A DNA stretch of 32,000 bases from Candidatus Hermodarchaeota archaeon (GCA_048886185.1 JBHLKY010000005.1:30001-62000); one strand, 5' to 3'. Numbered from the stretch's first letter, positions 8,519-18,615 are shown. A program made the numbers and translations. Notes: generated by a model not told the origin, from the sequence alone.

Positions 8519-11128
8519 TTAAAGGTTTTTAAAAATACTTCTTACTATTTCATGATTAAATATAATTTTTTTATATTGATGGATTTCTTCATCTTTTCTC
8601 AAGCGATTAGTGACTTGACGTATAGTTTTCCAATTCGTTTCAATTACTTGCGTTAAACGTTCCTGATCGGTTTTGGAATCTTGAAAAAGAATTAAATCGA
8701 TAAATGAATCCATATTAATCGGTTTTAAATAACTACCCATGCAAACAGCTAAATTTGACGAAATTCCTAAGATTTCTGGGAAGTATAAATCATATACTAG
8801 GTAATTAGCTAGATTGAGAAGATAATCCATTCTTTTATCCAGAGACAACCTCCCACATAAATGAGCTTGATTAATAAACACGAGGTAACTGGCAAGAACC
8901 GAAAATTCCTTTTCAAAATCGTGGGGGTATTTAATGGGGATAAGTTTTGTATAATATTTATGGAGATAAACAGTTAAGTGACTGAAATTGAGAATGTATC
9001 TCTTTAAAAGATAATTAATAAGATCAGAGTTTAAAAGAATTAACATCGCAAAGAAATTGTATGACTTGTCTATCTCTAATATTGAAACATTGGTGCCAGG
9101 TATAATTTTTTCAGGTTTATAGGCTACTCTTAATCGATTACCAATGGCGGTATTTACAAGACGAGGTTCCCGAAAATAAGTTGTAAATCTCTCGTTTGTA
9201 GGATGAGGTTTTGACCATTGAAAATATTTAGGATTTAATGCATATTTTGAGACGCTTCGTCCTGAATGTAGATAGCAAATAGGATATTTTTGAGAATATT
9301 CTGAATTCAGATCTTTTTTTAATATTCTGTGATCAATACCATAGTCTCCCTTTACTACATTATCAACAACTAATCCTTGACTAACTGCTTTGTCCCACAA
9401 GTTGTTGTAGTAAATCATAAATCGCTTGTATTTCTTAAAAATACTAATATGAACTGTTGGTTCTGCATATATTTTTGGACGAGGATTGATAGTAACATTA
9501 TAATCAGGTTCAATTCGTTTATTTAAGTAAATTGAGCACATTTCTAGTGTAACATCAGTAAAAGCTGCTGATTCATCATCAATTCTCCAGATCACTGTCC
9601 TCTCTAACATGAACTTACGTAAAGATTCAAATTCTTCAACTCTAAGTATAGAAAATGGTACGATTAAACCTAATGTTCCGTTTTGTTTCAAAAGAGTAAT
9701 AGATCTTTCAATAAAAGCGCTAGCAGCATTTAAGCTGTATTTTTTTGGATTTTTACCAGAACATGATTTATAGACCAATTTTAATATCGATTTTTCCGTT
9801 TTAGATAAAATTGACCTTCCGTATGGAGGATTTCCTATTACAATATCAAATCCTCCATTAAGTAACACTTCTGGAAAAGCAATACCCCAATGGAACGAAA
9901 TGACTGAATCGATATCATTTCTTTTTAATTGTAAAGAATGTGCAGAACTATGTAATTGATTTTTAATCCAATTTTTGTAGAAAGTATCTACAAGAGAAAG
10001 AAGTGCTTTCTCGGCTTTTTGGATCGATTTTTGATGTACATTAGAGGGTAAAAGGTTTTTATTCGCCTCTTTTATATGAAAACTTGTTACAAGCCAATTT
10101 TCTGCTTCACCTTTATTAATGAATCTCTGATTCCCATAATGTGATTCTAAGTATGTGCTAATTCTTGAAATAGTTGTGGTATAATCTAGGGGATATTGAA
10201 TCCTTTCTTTACAAAGTCCAAATAGACTATTCCCAGTGTAGATATTCCGAAATAACCAAGAAGGAAGTAAACTAAGGTCAATAGGGGTTAAATTGAGAAT
10301 CCAAAATAATAATCTAAATTTAGCCACTGTTAAGCTACTTGGTGAAAGATCAATTCCATAAATACAGCTTTCAACAATTTTTTGAGGAAAAGAGTTTCCT
10401 TTAATCTGTTTTTTAAATAAGCGGTTAAAAAGACTTTCAGCAGTATAAACAAGAAAAGAACCCGTTCCACAACTCGTATCTAGGATTTTTACTTCCAGAG
10501 TTTTATTATTAAGATAATCAGGGTTTTTAGAAAGATGATAGTTGAGACAGCTGTCAGTTATTGCACGTATAATACGCCAAGGAGTAAAGTAAACGCCCTT
10601 ATGTTTACGTTTGGAAACTTTAGGAGTTAATCGAAAGAGATTTTCAAAATCATTGAGAATGTTTTCATAAAAATATGATAAGAATTCTGGGGAAATTTTG
10701 TTTTCATTTTTTGAAATGCTGGAAAAATCTTCGACTAGAGTCCATTCTTGCGCTTGAAGTAATTTCAAAAGACTATCCCAATCTTCTGATGATAATGAAT
10801 CCTTGAATTGAATCTCTTGATAGGATAATCTTAGTAAATCATTAAGGATTGGAGGCTTACCTTCTGGAAAAATGGTTAAATTATGGGAATCTTCTTGAAA
10901 AAGGATTTCATGAATAATTATTCTAATATTTCGTGGTTCAAATTCAAGGATTGGATTTTCATCGTTCCAATTATACCAAGGTTTGAGAATAATTAACCCT
11001 AAAAGCTTAATAAATAGATTTAAGGCCATTTCATGAATTTCATGAGGTGATAATCCATAGGATTTTCCTCTCTGAAGAAATTTCTCATAATATGGCTTTA
11101 AATCAGAATATAATCGGAACATAATCAA
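8519..11128 (-). CDS. N6-adenine DNA methyltransferase, Eco57I-like (type IIG-like architecture lacking a recognisable nuclease) (MTase-2)
   Basis: PEFLSYFYE, motif X GVYFTP, motif I ILDTSCGTGSFL, IYGIDL, FHWGIAFPEV...GGFDIVIGNPPY, FIERSITLLK, and TaqI_C-like LLNSDLINY. Confidence 0.85.
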   Translation of the reverse strand: MIMFRLYSDLKPYYEKFLQRGKSYGLSPHEIHEMALNLFIKLLGLIILKPWYNWNDENPILEFEPRNIRIIIHEILFQEDSHNLTIFPEGKPPILNDLLRLSYQEIQFKDSLSSEDWDSLLKLLQAQEWTLVEDFSSISKNENKISPEFLSYFYENILNDFENLFRLTPKVSKRKHKGVYFTPWRIIRAITDSCLNYHLSKNPDYLNNKTLEVKILDTSCGTGSFLVYTAESLFNRLFKKQIKGNSFPQKIVESCIYGIDLSPSSLTVAKFRLLFWILNLTPIDLSLLPSWLFRNIYTGNSLFGLCKERIQYPLDYTTTISRISTYLESHYGNQRFINKGEAENWLVTSFHIKEANKNLLPSNVHQKSIQKAEKALLSLVDTFYKNWIKNQLHSSAHSLQLKRNDIDSVISFHWGIAFPEVLLNGGFDIVIGNPPYGRSILSKTEKSILKLVYKSCSGKNPKKYSLNAASAFIERSITLLKQNGTLGLIVPFSILRVEEFESLRKFMLERTVIWRIDDESAAFTDVTLEMCSIYLNKRIEPDYNVTINPRPKIYAEPTVHISIFKKYKRFMIYYNNLWDKAVSQGLVVDNVVKGDYGIDHRILKKDLNSEYSQKYPICYLHSGRSVSKYALNPKYFQWSKPHPTNERFTTYFREPRLVNTAIGNRLRVAYKPEKIIPGTNVSILEIDKSYNFFAMLILLNSDLINYLLKRYILNFSHLTVYLHKYYTKLIPIKYPHDFEKEFSVLASYLVFINQAHLCGRLSLDKRMDYLLNLANYLVYDLYFPEILGISSNLAVCMGSYLKPINMDSFIDLILFQDSKTDQERLTQVIETNWKTIRQVTNRLRKDEEIHQYKKIIFNHEIVRSIFKNL

Positions 11129-11275
11129 TGACTCATGTCAATAATCAATAGATGATTTTATAATCAGCATTTACTTTTAAGATAATTAGTTCTTCTTGTT
11201 AATTGTTAAAAAGTTTATATGTAAATCACAAAAAACACATTATATTGTAAGAATCCTGGTTGTGACTGCAACAAC

Positions 11276-13237
11276 ATGTTGGCGAAGGATCGATTTCCTA
11301 CTGAAATAATCGATGTTTGTTTACTATTATCAAACCATGGATTTCAAGCGTTTGTAGTTGGTGGATCTATACGAGACATCATCCAAGGAAATTTTTTACC
11401 ACAGGATTGGGATATCGCAACTGATGCAAAACCTTCTGAAGTAATAGGAGTCTTTAATAAGAGATTTCGTGTTATTCCAACTGGAATTAAGCATGGCACG
11501 GTTACCATTCTCTTTAATGGTCTATCAATAGAAATAACAACATTTAGAGTTGAGGGAGACTATATCGATGGTCGAAGACCACTTGAGGTTCATTTTGTTA
11601 AAAAAATTACTGACGATTTATCTCGTCGCGACCTCACAATCAATGCTATAGCATATGATCCCATTCATGACATTCTTTCAGATCCTTTCAACGGGATTAA
11701 AGACATTGAGGCAGGAATCATCAGGATGGTCGGGGATCCGAATAAACGCCTGAAAGAGGATGGATTACGCCTGATTCGAATTTTTCGATTTGTTTCGCAG
11801 TTAGGATTTAATATTGACCCCCCAACTTCAATTGCAGTTACTAATAATTTAACTATTTTTAATAAAGTTGCTAAGGAACGTATACACACAGAGTTTCAAA
11901 AATTATTACAGGGAGCTTTTTTTCAGAAATCTATTCTCTTATTAGAAGACTGTGGTCTGTTATATCACCTCATACCAGAATTTAATGATGCAGTTTTATC
12001 GAAAAATGTTTCTGAAATTAATTTGAACAGAATTGAGCTGACCTTGAAAATCGTGTCAAGCCTCCCTAGTTCTTCTTCTCAAAATCTTCGTTTTGCAACA
12101 TTGATTCACCAATTGTCTGCAATCCCATCAAAATCATCAATGATATTTCCTCCTTTCCAAGAAAATTTCATTCAAAAAATTCTAAAAAGCATGAAATGTT
12201 CTAATAAACAGATAACAACTGTATCTCACATTTTATCAATCCATTTATTGCGTCTTCCATATTCTATGCAAGAAGAAGATGATACAAAAGACTATTTAAT
12301 AAGAAAATTTCAGTATAAGATTCAACCTGAATATTTAACTGATTATTTAAATTTCTATTATGCGAAAGAGAACATTTTACGAAAAGAAAAACTCCTCACA
12401 GAACTTCTGAAAGACGATATAACGAAAAGAGCGAGAACCCAACAACCTATTGAATTGAAAGATCTTGCGCTAAATGGTGATGATATAATTCAGTTTTTTC
12501 TAATAAATAAAAAATACTCATCACAGCGAGAATTTATAGGTTTATGTCTTCAAATTATCCGGGAACGAGTGGAACTAAACCCCCAGATCAATCTAAAAGG
12601 TAAACTTTTTACCATTCTTGAAAATCTAAATAAAATCTTAACCCAGTGTACAACACAAATTACACGACGAGTTCATATTGTCTCAACGGATCATATCAGA
12701 AAGCTTTATTGTAATGGCGTCCCTAAATATGTTCAATGGGAAAATGAACACACTTATTTACTATCTAAATGGCTTATTCGTTGTCAACTTCGTAAGGATA
12801 CAAAATCGATAGTAATATTTGATGGAACTAATTTTAATTTTCCAACACATCCTACTCATCGAGAAAAACTATGTATTAGATTTAAACAGTACAATCCCAT
12901 ATTTATAAACACTAGTGCCTCTGAAGAAGAAGTTAAACTAAATTTAGAAACTAGAAATAAGGAGCCATCTTCTATAAAAAAGAGTGATGCTGATCTTAGT
13001 ATATTCAGACGTTATCAGGATTTACTTAGAACTTATCCAAAAGCTCTTAACATACTGGACGGTTATGACTTCATACAGCTATCAACACGTCACCCAGAAT
13101 TCTTATCCCTGATTCAAGATATCACAAAAAGAATTCTCAAAAATAAGAATCGTTTGGTAGTTATGAGTGGTAATGTCCTTACTGGAAAGACTTATACAGC
13201 TTATATTCTTCAAAAATATTTAGAGGGAAACAAATAA
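11276..13237 (+). CDS. cca: Class II tRNA nucleotidyltransferase (CCA-adding enzyme / poly(A) polymerase family) fused to a C-terminal P-loop kinase-like domain
   Basis: VVGGSIRD...DWDIAT, GIKHGTV, EITTFRVEGDYIDGRRP (flexible loop), DLSRRDLTINA, DPFNG and EDGLRLIR (EDxxR). The C-terminal ~190 aa carry STDHIR, IFDGTN, SDAD and GNVLTGKT. Confidence 0.88.
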   Translation: MLAKDRFPTEIIDVCLLLSNHGFQAFVVGGSIRDIIQGNFLPQDWDIATDAKPSEVIGVFNKRFRVIPTGIKHGTVTILFNGLSIEITTFRVEGDYIDGRRPLEVHFVKKITDDLSRRDLTINAIAYDPIHDILSDPFNGIKDIEAGIIRMVGDPNKRLKEDGLRLIRIFRFVSQLGFNIDPPTSIAVTNNLTIFNKVAKERIHTEFQKLLQGAFFQKSILLLEDCGLLYHLIPEFNDAVLSKNVSEINLNRIELTLKIVSSLPSSSSQNLRFATLIHQLSAIPSKSSMIFPPFQENFIQKILKSMKCSNKQITTVSHILSIHLLRLPYSMQEEDDTKDYLIRKFQYKIQPEYLTDYLNFYYAKENILRKEKLLTELLKDDITKRARTQQPIELKDLALNGDDIIQFFLINKKYSSQREFIGLCLQIIRERVELNPQINLKGKLFTILENLNKILTQCTTQITRRVHIVSTDHIRKLYCNGVPKYVQWENEHTYLLSKWLIRCQLRKDTKSIVIFDGTNFNFPTHPTHREKLCIRFKQYNPIFINTSASEEEVKLNLETRNKEPSSIKKSDADLSIFRRYQDLLRTYPKALNILDGYDFIQLSTRHPEFLSLIQDITKRILKNKNRLVVMSGNVLTGKTYTAYILQKYLEGNK

Positions 13238-13288
13238 CTCAAATATATAGAGGATGGGTAAAGAATCAGAATATTAGATATTAAACAG

Positions 13289-14998
13289 ATGAAAAAAACT
13301 AAAGGCCAGTTCTTTACCCCAGGATTCTTGGTAAAGGCAATCTTAGATAAAGTTACTACTTTTTTTCCAAAAGAGTATGAATCAAGACAGATAACGATTT
13401 TGGATCCAGCTATAGGAAAAGGTGTATTCTTATCAACCTTAATTCCTATAATTTCATCAAAGTTTCACTCGGTTAAACTTTATGGCTTAGATATAGATTC
13501 CTCTATAATCAAAATTGCCAATAAGAATTTGCTTCCCTTAGCTAAAGAATTTAATTATGAAATGGAAGTAAAGCTTGGAGATTTTTTCCTTGAATTTCCT
13601 TTGGACTTTCCAAAAGAGTTTGATGTAATTATTGGGAATCCACCTCACAACGCAAAATATTCTCATTCTGAATGGGAGGAAATAAGAGAAAATTGTTTTT
13701 TTGGTCAAATTTCTAATGTACGGTCTGAAAGTTCTGTTTTCTTCACTTTAAAATCATTAAATCTTCTTAAGCCATGTGGTCTCCTCTGTTTTTTGTTACC
13801 TAAACCAATTATTTATTCAAAAAGATGGGTTGTCTTCAGGGAAATACTATTAACCGATTATACACTTATTGGAGTCTTTGATCTCGGAAATCAATTTACT
13901 GGTCAGCTACAGGAGCAATGTGCATTAATTATCCAAAAAAGGACTCCAATCTCTATAGGGCATCAATATGTAACAGGAATTTGGAACTCCAACCTAAAAA
14001 AATTCCTAAAAGTTGACAGAATCTTTAATAAAGATGCAATAGCTTTAGATAATCTTTTGGTGGGAGTGAGCTCTGCTGAGATGGAGCTGATTCGGCGTTT
14101 TCATAGGAAAAATTATATTGATCTAGATGTTAACGCTTTTCGGGGACTAAGCAGCCGTTATCGAAGCATAGAAGGAGAAATTCCTTTGATCGAAAAAAGT
14201 AATTTTGCTTCTGGTTTTTTATTTCCGACACAGCACTATATAAGTCCAAATACTCCCCAAAAGCTTCTACTTAGACAAAAAGTCCCAAAAATTATTGCAC
14301 AACGAATAATCTCATATCGCACAAAACCAAAATTTAGATTAGATGTAAAAACCTGGTTTGATTCGAAAGGAGCTATTCTCACACATGAAACTGTGATCAA
14401 TATTATTCCAAATTATTCCCAACAAATAATCTCATATTGTGCTATTGCTGGTTTACTAGAGTCATCATTCGTTGAATGGTGGCTTAAATCTACAGTCTAT
14501 ACTCAAGAATTTGTAACAAGTAAAGATTTTGATAAAGCATACATAAATTCAATAAGAATACCGAAAATTGTAGGCCCAATAAATAAGAATTACAGGTTGA
14601 AGCTTTCAAATTTACTTCAAAAGAAGCAGTACGAAGAGATACTGAATGAAGTAAAAAACCAATCGAATATTGATAAATTTTTTACTTTAGGAGAGATATA
14701 TGAATGCTATCAAACTACAGGTCATAAACTAAAGAAGAAGTTATTAGAATCGATCCAGGCTGAAAAGCCTTTCAACGAGAAATTTTCGGAATTTAGAAAG
14801 TGTAAATTATATTATAATCGTCTATTAAAAAGATTTTATTCTCCTTCTGAGGAATCTCATCTTCAAGATCAATGTGAGGAGATATTGGATTTATTCTCAG
14901 AACTTAAAATATTGAAGGAGAATATGAATGAAATTGTTATTTCACTTTATGAAATCAATTCTGAAGAGCGAGAACTTATCAAAAAAGATTTAATCTGA
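13289..14998 (+). CDS. N6-adenine DNA methyltransferase, M.TaqI-like, with NPPH catalytic motif (MTase-3)
   Basis: GQFFTP, ILDPAIGKGVF, LYGLDID, FDVIIGNPPH, LLKPCGLLCFLLP, and C-terminal PKIIAQRI and LLES TRD-type motifs. Confidence 0.8.
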   Translation: MKKTKGQFFTPGFLVKAILDKVTTFFPKEYESRQITILDPAIGKGVFLSTLIPIISSKFHSVKLYGLDIDSSIIKIANKNLLPLAKEFNYEMEVKLGDFFLEFPLDFPKEFDVIIGNPPHNAKYSHSEWEEIRENCFFGQISNVRSESSVFFTLKSLNLLKPCGLLCFLLPKPIIYSKRWVVFREILLTDYTLIGVFDLGNQFTGQLQEQCALIIQKRTPISIGHQYVTGIWNSNLKKFLKVDRIFNKDAIALDNLLVGVSSAEMELIRRFHRKNYIDLDVNAFRGLSSRYRSIEGEIPLIEKSNFASGFLFPTQHYISPNTPQKLLLRQKVPKIIAQRIISYRTKPKFRLDVKTWFDSKGAILTHETVINIIPNYSQQIISYCAIAGLLESSFVEWWLKSTVYTQEFVTSKDFDKAYINSIRIPKIVGPINKNYRLKLSNLLQKKQYEEILNEVKNQSNIDKFFTLGEIYECYQTTGHKLKKKLLESIQAEKPFNEKFSEFRKCKLYYNRLLKRFYSPSEESHLQDQCEEILDLFSELKILKENMNEIVISLYEINSEERELIKKDLI

Positions 14999-15062
14999 AT
15001 TTATATATGAAATGATATCTAACTTCTACATTTATTTCATTGAAGTAGGTGGAATATTAAAT

Positions 15063-15977
15063 ATGTTGCAAGAAAAAGAGGGTGTATCCATAGATTTACC
15101 TGAAGAATGGGGAGGAATTATTCCTCTTAATGTCTTTATTGAGGAAGCAAATAAGTTAGTTTCTAAAGCTGAAGAATCTGGTATTCATTTCCGATTAGTT
15201 GGAGGATTAGCAATTCGTCTTCATGTACAATCCCATGGATTGGAGGATTTATATAAAAGATTAAAGCGGTTAGGTGATAAAGCAGAAATCACAGATATTG
15301 ATGGTGCAATTTCTTACAAACACATGAAAAAAATGGATAAATTCATGAATAATATGGGTTATGCTAAGAGACAACCAACCTTATCCACAGCCGCTAGTCA
15401 GCGAAGAATCTATATTCACCCGAAGAATTGGTGGTTTGTAGATTGTTTTTATGGAAAAATAAAATTCAATCATGACATTGATTTAGATCACAAACGTTTG
15501 GGATTGGATTCCCCCACTCTTCCTTTAGCAGAACTACTTCTGGGAAAAACTCAGATAGTATTTATGAACTATAAAGACGTTGCTGACTCTATAATGTTAA
15601 TACTAGCTCATAAGATTAGTTATGATGACAGCCCAGAGACAATAAACATTAAACATATAGGTGAAAATTATTTTAAAAAGGGAGGATATGCATGGGGTTT
15701 CTATCACACAGTAACGACGAATCTTGTTAATATTAAAAATGTTTTACCAGAATTTACAGAGCTTTCAGATGAACAAAGAGAAGATGTCAGCGTAAAAGTT
15801 GACGAAATGATCAAATATTTCGATGAAGTCCCCAAAAACCGTGCTTGGCGAGCGAGGGCAAAAATTGGTCCTTCCAAAAAATGGTATCGTCCAGTAGAAA
15901 CATCAAAAACAGTTGGAGAGTTTGGCATATTCAGTGGGAAACATTTACTTGACAAACCAACACAGAAAGATCATTAA
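15063..15977 (+). CDS. Uncharacterised Pol-beta-superfamily nucleotidyltransferase (NTase-A)
   Basis: LVGGLAIRLH...ITDID (GG + DxD signature), third acidic residue in FVDCF, and LPLAELLLGKTQI...KDVAD helical motif. The ORF track opens at 15012; ATG 15063 is preferred (AGGTGG upstream, TTTATATA at 15000-15007). Confidence 0.7.
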   Translation: MLQEKEGVSIDLPEEWGGIIPLNVFIEEANKLVSKAEESGIHFRLVGGLAIRLHVQSHGLEDLYKRLKRLGDKAEITDIDGAISYKHMKKMDKFMNNMGYAKRQPTLSTAASQRRIYIHPKNWWFVDCFYGKIKFNHDIDLDHKRLGLDSPTLPLAELLLGKTQIVFMNYKDVADSIMLILAHKISYDDSPETINIKHIGENYFKKGGYAWGFYHTVTTNLVNIKNVLPEFTELSDEQREDVSVKVDEMIKYFDEVPKNRAWRARAKIGPSKKWYRPVETSKTVGEFGIFSGKHLLDKPTQKDH

Positions 15978-16022
15978 TCTTGAGTGTGAGACCCTAATTT
16001 ACGATCATTGCACTTTTATAAT

Positions 16023-16907
16023 TCAAATATGCCGAGCATCTACTCTTTCAGGTTTTTCCATCTTGACTTTGGACAAGAAACTTGGTTTTTTATCTTCCAT
16101 TGGCTTGATACAATCAATTAATTTTGCCAGTTTAGATTTTCCTTCCACATTACAACATACATCTCCAGAATAGTTAAGTGTTTCTCGGAAATTACGAAGT
16201 ATTGTTGAAGGAAATTCCAATTTTGTTTTTGCTAGGAGTTCAAATATTTTTATGCCTATTGAAAACTCAACAGCTGGATCCAGCTCAGGAGTATCAAAAA
16301 TGGAATCTTCTATTTCAACGTGGCAATTTGAGTTGAATATACTCGAGATATCTTGGATATCTTTCAGATCAAAGTCATCAGGATGGATGGCATTTGCTTT
16401 TAATGCAATCTGGAGGCCAGGAGGACATATTAAAGTCTCAGAGTAACTTGAGGGAAGTTCATCAAACTTAAAAGTCCAACACATTCTGATGCCATCCACA
16501 AAGACTTCTACCTTTTGAAAATCGGCCTCTTCAATATTGTTCATTCGTCCATGTTCAAGTTCTTCTATTTCTGAAGACGAAAGTTCACGATTTGGTTTGT
16601 AATACTCTCTCCTAGGTGTTCTAGACATATTTTGCATCATATTAAACGGTCTATTGGGGTAGAAACCATTTTGCTTAAGAATGGTTTTAATTGGTTTATC
16701 TGCTTTCTTAGGGATAAAAAACTCAAGATCACTCATTTTTCTGTAATCTAACCTTCCTCCAATCAAATGATAGATCGCACCACCCCCCCATAAAAAACAA
16801 GGAATTGATTCGTCTTTACAACTTTGTAGAATTTTATAGCCACTTCTCATCAAGGTATCATTGTGTACTTTATTAGAATTGTCCATGATTTTGCCTTCAT
16901 TGTACAT
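16023..16907 (-). CDS. Uncharacterised nucleotidyltransferase-fold protein (NTase-B), distant paralogue of 15063..15977
   Basis: LWGGGAIYH...MSDLEF, KVEVFVD and ALKANA...KDIQDI align in order with the NTase-A motifs. Confidence 0.6.
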   Translation of the reverse strand: MYNEGKIMDNSNKVHNDTLMRSGYKILQSCKDESIPCFLWGGGAIYHLIGGRLDYRKMSDLEFFIPKKADKPIKTILKQNGFYPNRPFNMMQNMSRTPRREYYKPNRELSSSEIEELEHGRMNNIEEADFQKVEVFVDGIRMCWTFKFDELPSSYSETLICPPGLQIALKANAIHPDDFDLKDIQDISSIFNSNCHVEIEDSIFDTPELDPAVEFSIGIKIFELLAKTKLEFPSTILRNFRETLNYSGDVCCNVEGKSKLAKLIDCIKPMEDKKPSFLSKVKMEKPERVDARHI

Positions 16908-16998
16908 AGATTTTGTGCTAATTAACTATTTATAAGGTTTTTTTAAAATCCTAATTAAATATTATTTTGAAAACAATGATTCCAGATGAATGAATAAT

Positions 16999-18030
16999 TT
17001 AAGATTCGACCCTCTGCATCCGTTTTATTTTACCTTTATCCAATTCTACCAAGAATCCTTTTAAAATAGCTTCAGTATATTCGCTGCCAGGATTAAGACA
17101 ATAAGTTCTACCAATTTTCATACTCCCTGCTGACTCATGGATATGTCCAAATAAACCCAATAGAGGTTGATGCGTTTCTATTGCGTTTCTAACCGCCTTA
17201 CAGCCAACAGATCCTCTTAGTGGTTCTCCTCCACTATAACCGACATATGTTAAATCCTCATTTAAAAGAGGAGCTTCATCAATGATACTATCATAGGGAG
17301 GACAATGGAAACAAAAAACAGCATTCTCCATGGTATTTATCTGTGAAGTTAACTTTTCTATGTTAGCCTCTAATTGTTCTTCACCACATTCTCTATAAGT
17401 ATTCCAGGGAGTAGGATTTGTCCATCCATAACTTATCATCTCATGATTTTTATCAAGATCAACTTTTACTCCTTCACCAAAAATTACGCGAGGATCTTTC
17501 TGGATAATTTCGTCAATAGCAAATTTATCATCATTTCCAGGACAAATAATTATCTTTGTGCCCTCTGGTACACGTTTTGATCCATCGGGCATAATGTCGT
17601 CTATTTGGTCGATCCAAACCTGGAGGCCTTGTGCTTCCACTTCATCAAACAATTTATCAAGAGGACCTCCTTTAATCATCTTTTGATCTTCAGTAACTGA
17701 CTTGGGAGAAGATAATACAGCATCTTCCTCGGGCGTTAACCGATATGGATAACTACCTGCAAATCTCGCTCTTGTTTCAAAATCCTTGATTTCTTCTTCT
17801 GTTTTCATTATCACAGCTTGTTGATCTACACCATAAATCGAACCTTTCCATGTTCCGTCTGGCTGTTGGATAATTGGGACAATTCTCTTTCCTGTAATAT
17901 CTCCTCCCATAATTAAAATATCTGCTTGTAAATATTTAGCCGTATTCAGAAATTTTCTCCAAACAGCTTCAGAACCGTGTATATCTGTACAGAAAAATAG
18001 GGTCACCATTGATTTCACAACCTGATTCAT
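16999..18030 (-). CDS. Calcineurin-like metallophosphoesterase (Icc-related, GNDD variant)
   Basis: TDIHGS, MGGDITGK, PGNDD, FHCPPY, GHIHES and LNPGSEY. Confidence 0.9.
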   Translation of the reverse strand: MNQVVKSMVTLFFCTDIHGSEAVWRKFLNTAKYLQADILIMGGDITGKRIVPIIQQPDGTWKGSIYGVDQQAVIMKTEEEIKDFETRARFAGSYPYRLTPEEDAVLSSPKSVTEDQKMIKGGPLDKLFDEVEAQGLQVWIDQIDDIMPDGSKRVPEGTKIIICPGNDDKFAIDEIIQKDPRVIFGEGVKVDLDKNHEMISYGWTNPTPWNTYRECGEEQLEANIEKLTSQINTMENAVFCFHCPPYDSIIDEAPLLNEDLTYVGYSGGEPLRGSVGCKAVRNAIETHQPLLGLFGHIHESAGSMKIGRTYCLNPGSEYTEAILKGFLVELDKGKIKRMQRVES

Positions 18031-18600
18031 TGACTTAATTTGATTATTTTGTTATTGCCTTGATTTGGGTTTGCGAGACTATTGGAATATTAATTTTTCG
18101 AATTTGATTGTGCTAGAAATATAATATTTCATTTTGGAACTAGATATATTTTTCCTATTTCCATATTTTTACTGAGACATATACTAAGATTGGTGTTACT
18201 GGCAGGATGTAGTATGAAGTAACGGAAAATGAATTTTGAGCACTAAAAAGCTTAATTTTTATCTTTGAGTATTTCAAAACTAGTTCATAATGAATACATT
18301 GAATAGATTAATTTTTCAAGATAGGGGTTATAAAGTTGATTCTACTTACTTCATTCCAATCAATAAGGATGAAAAACTCAAAATTAAAGTTTAATTTTCA
18401 AAACTTAATATCATTTTTCTTCATTTAAAATATAAGCTGGGGAACCGTAACAAATCTCAGTTAAATTAGGGAATTAAAGTTTATTAAAACTTTAATTTAA
18501 CTGATTAGGTTAGAAATACATAATTCCATAAAAATACGAAATCCAATGACTTAAACAGCTTTTTATCATCAACAATAAGTCAGCCAAATCAAGAATTAAA

Positions 18601-18615
18601 GCGAAACTTTTATAA
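18601..18615 (+). promoter_or_regulatory. Candidate archaeal BRE/TATA promoter for the APC permease
   Basis: GCGAAAC-TTTTATAA matches the purine-rich BRE + TATA pattern and lies ~220 nt upstream of ATG 18837. Not verified; the sequence is AT-rich. Confidence 0.45.

Noticed and set aside
18290-18394. 34-codon ORF MNTLNRLIFQDRGYKVDSTYFIPINKDEKLKIKV in the long intergenic region
   Set aside because: It has no SD or recognisable motif, its length is compatible with chance, and it overlaps a candidate minus-strand TATA element. Ribosome profiling would be needed to support it.
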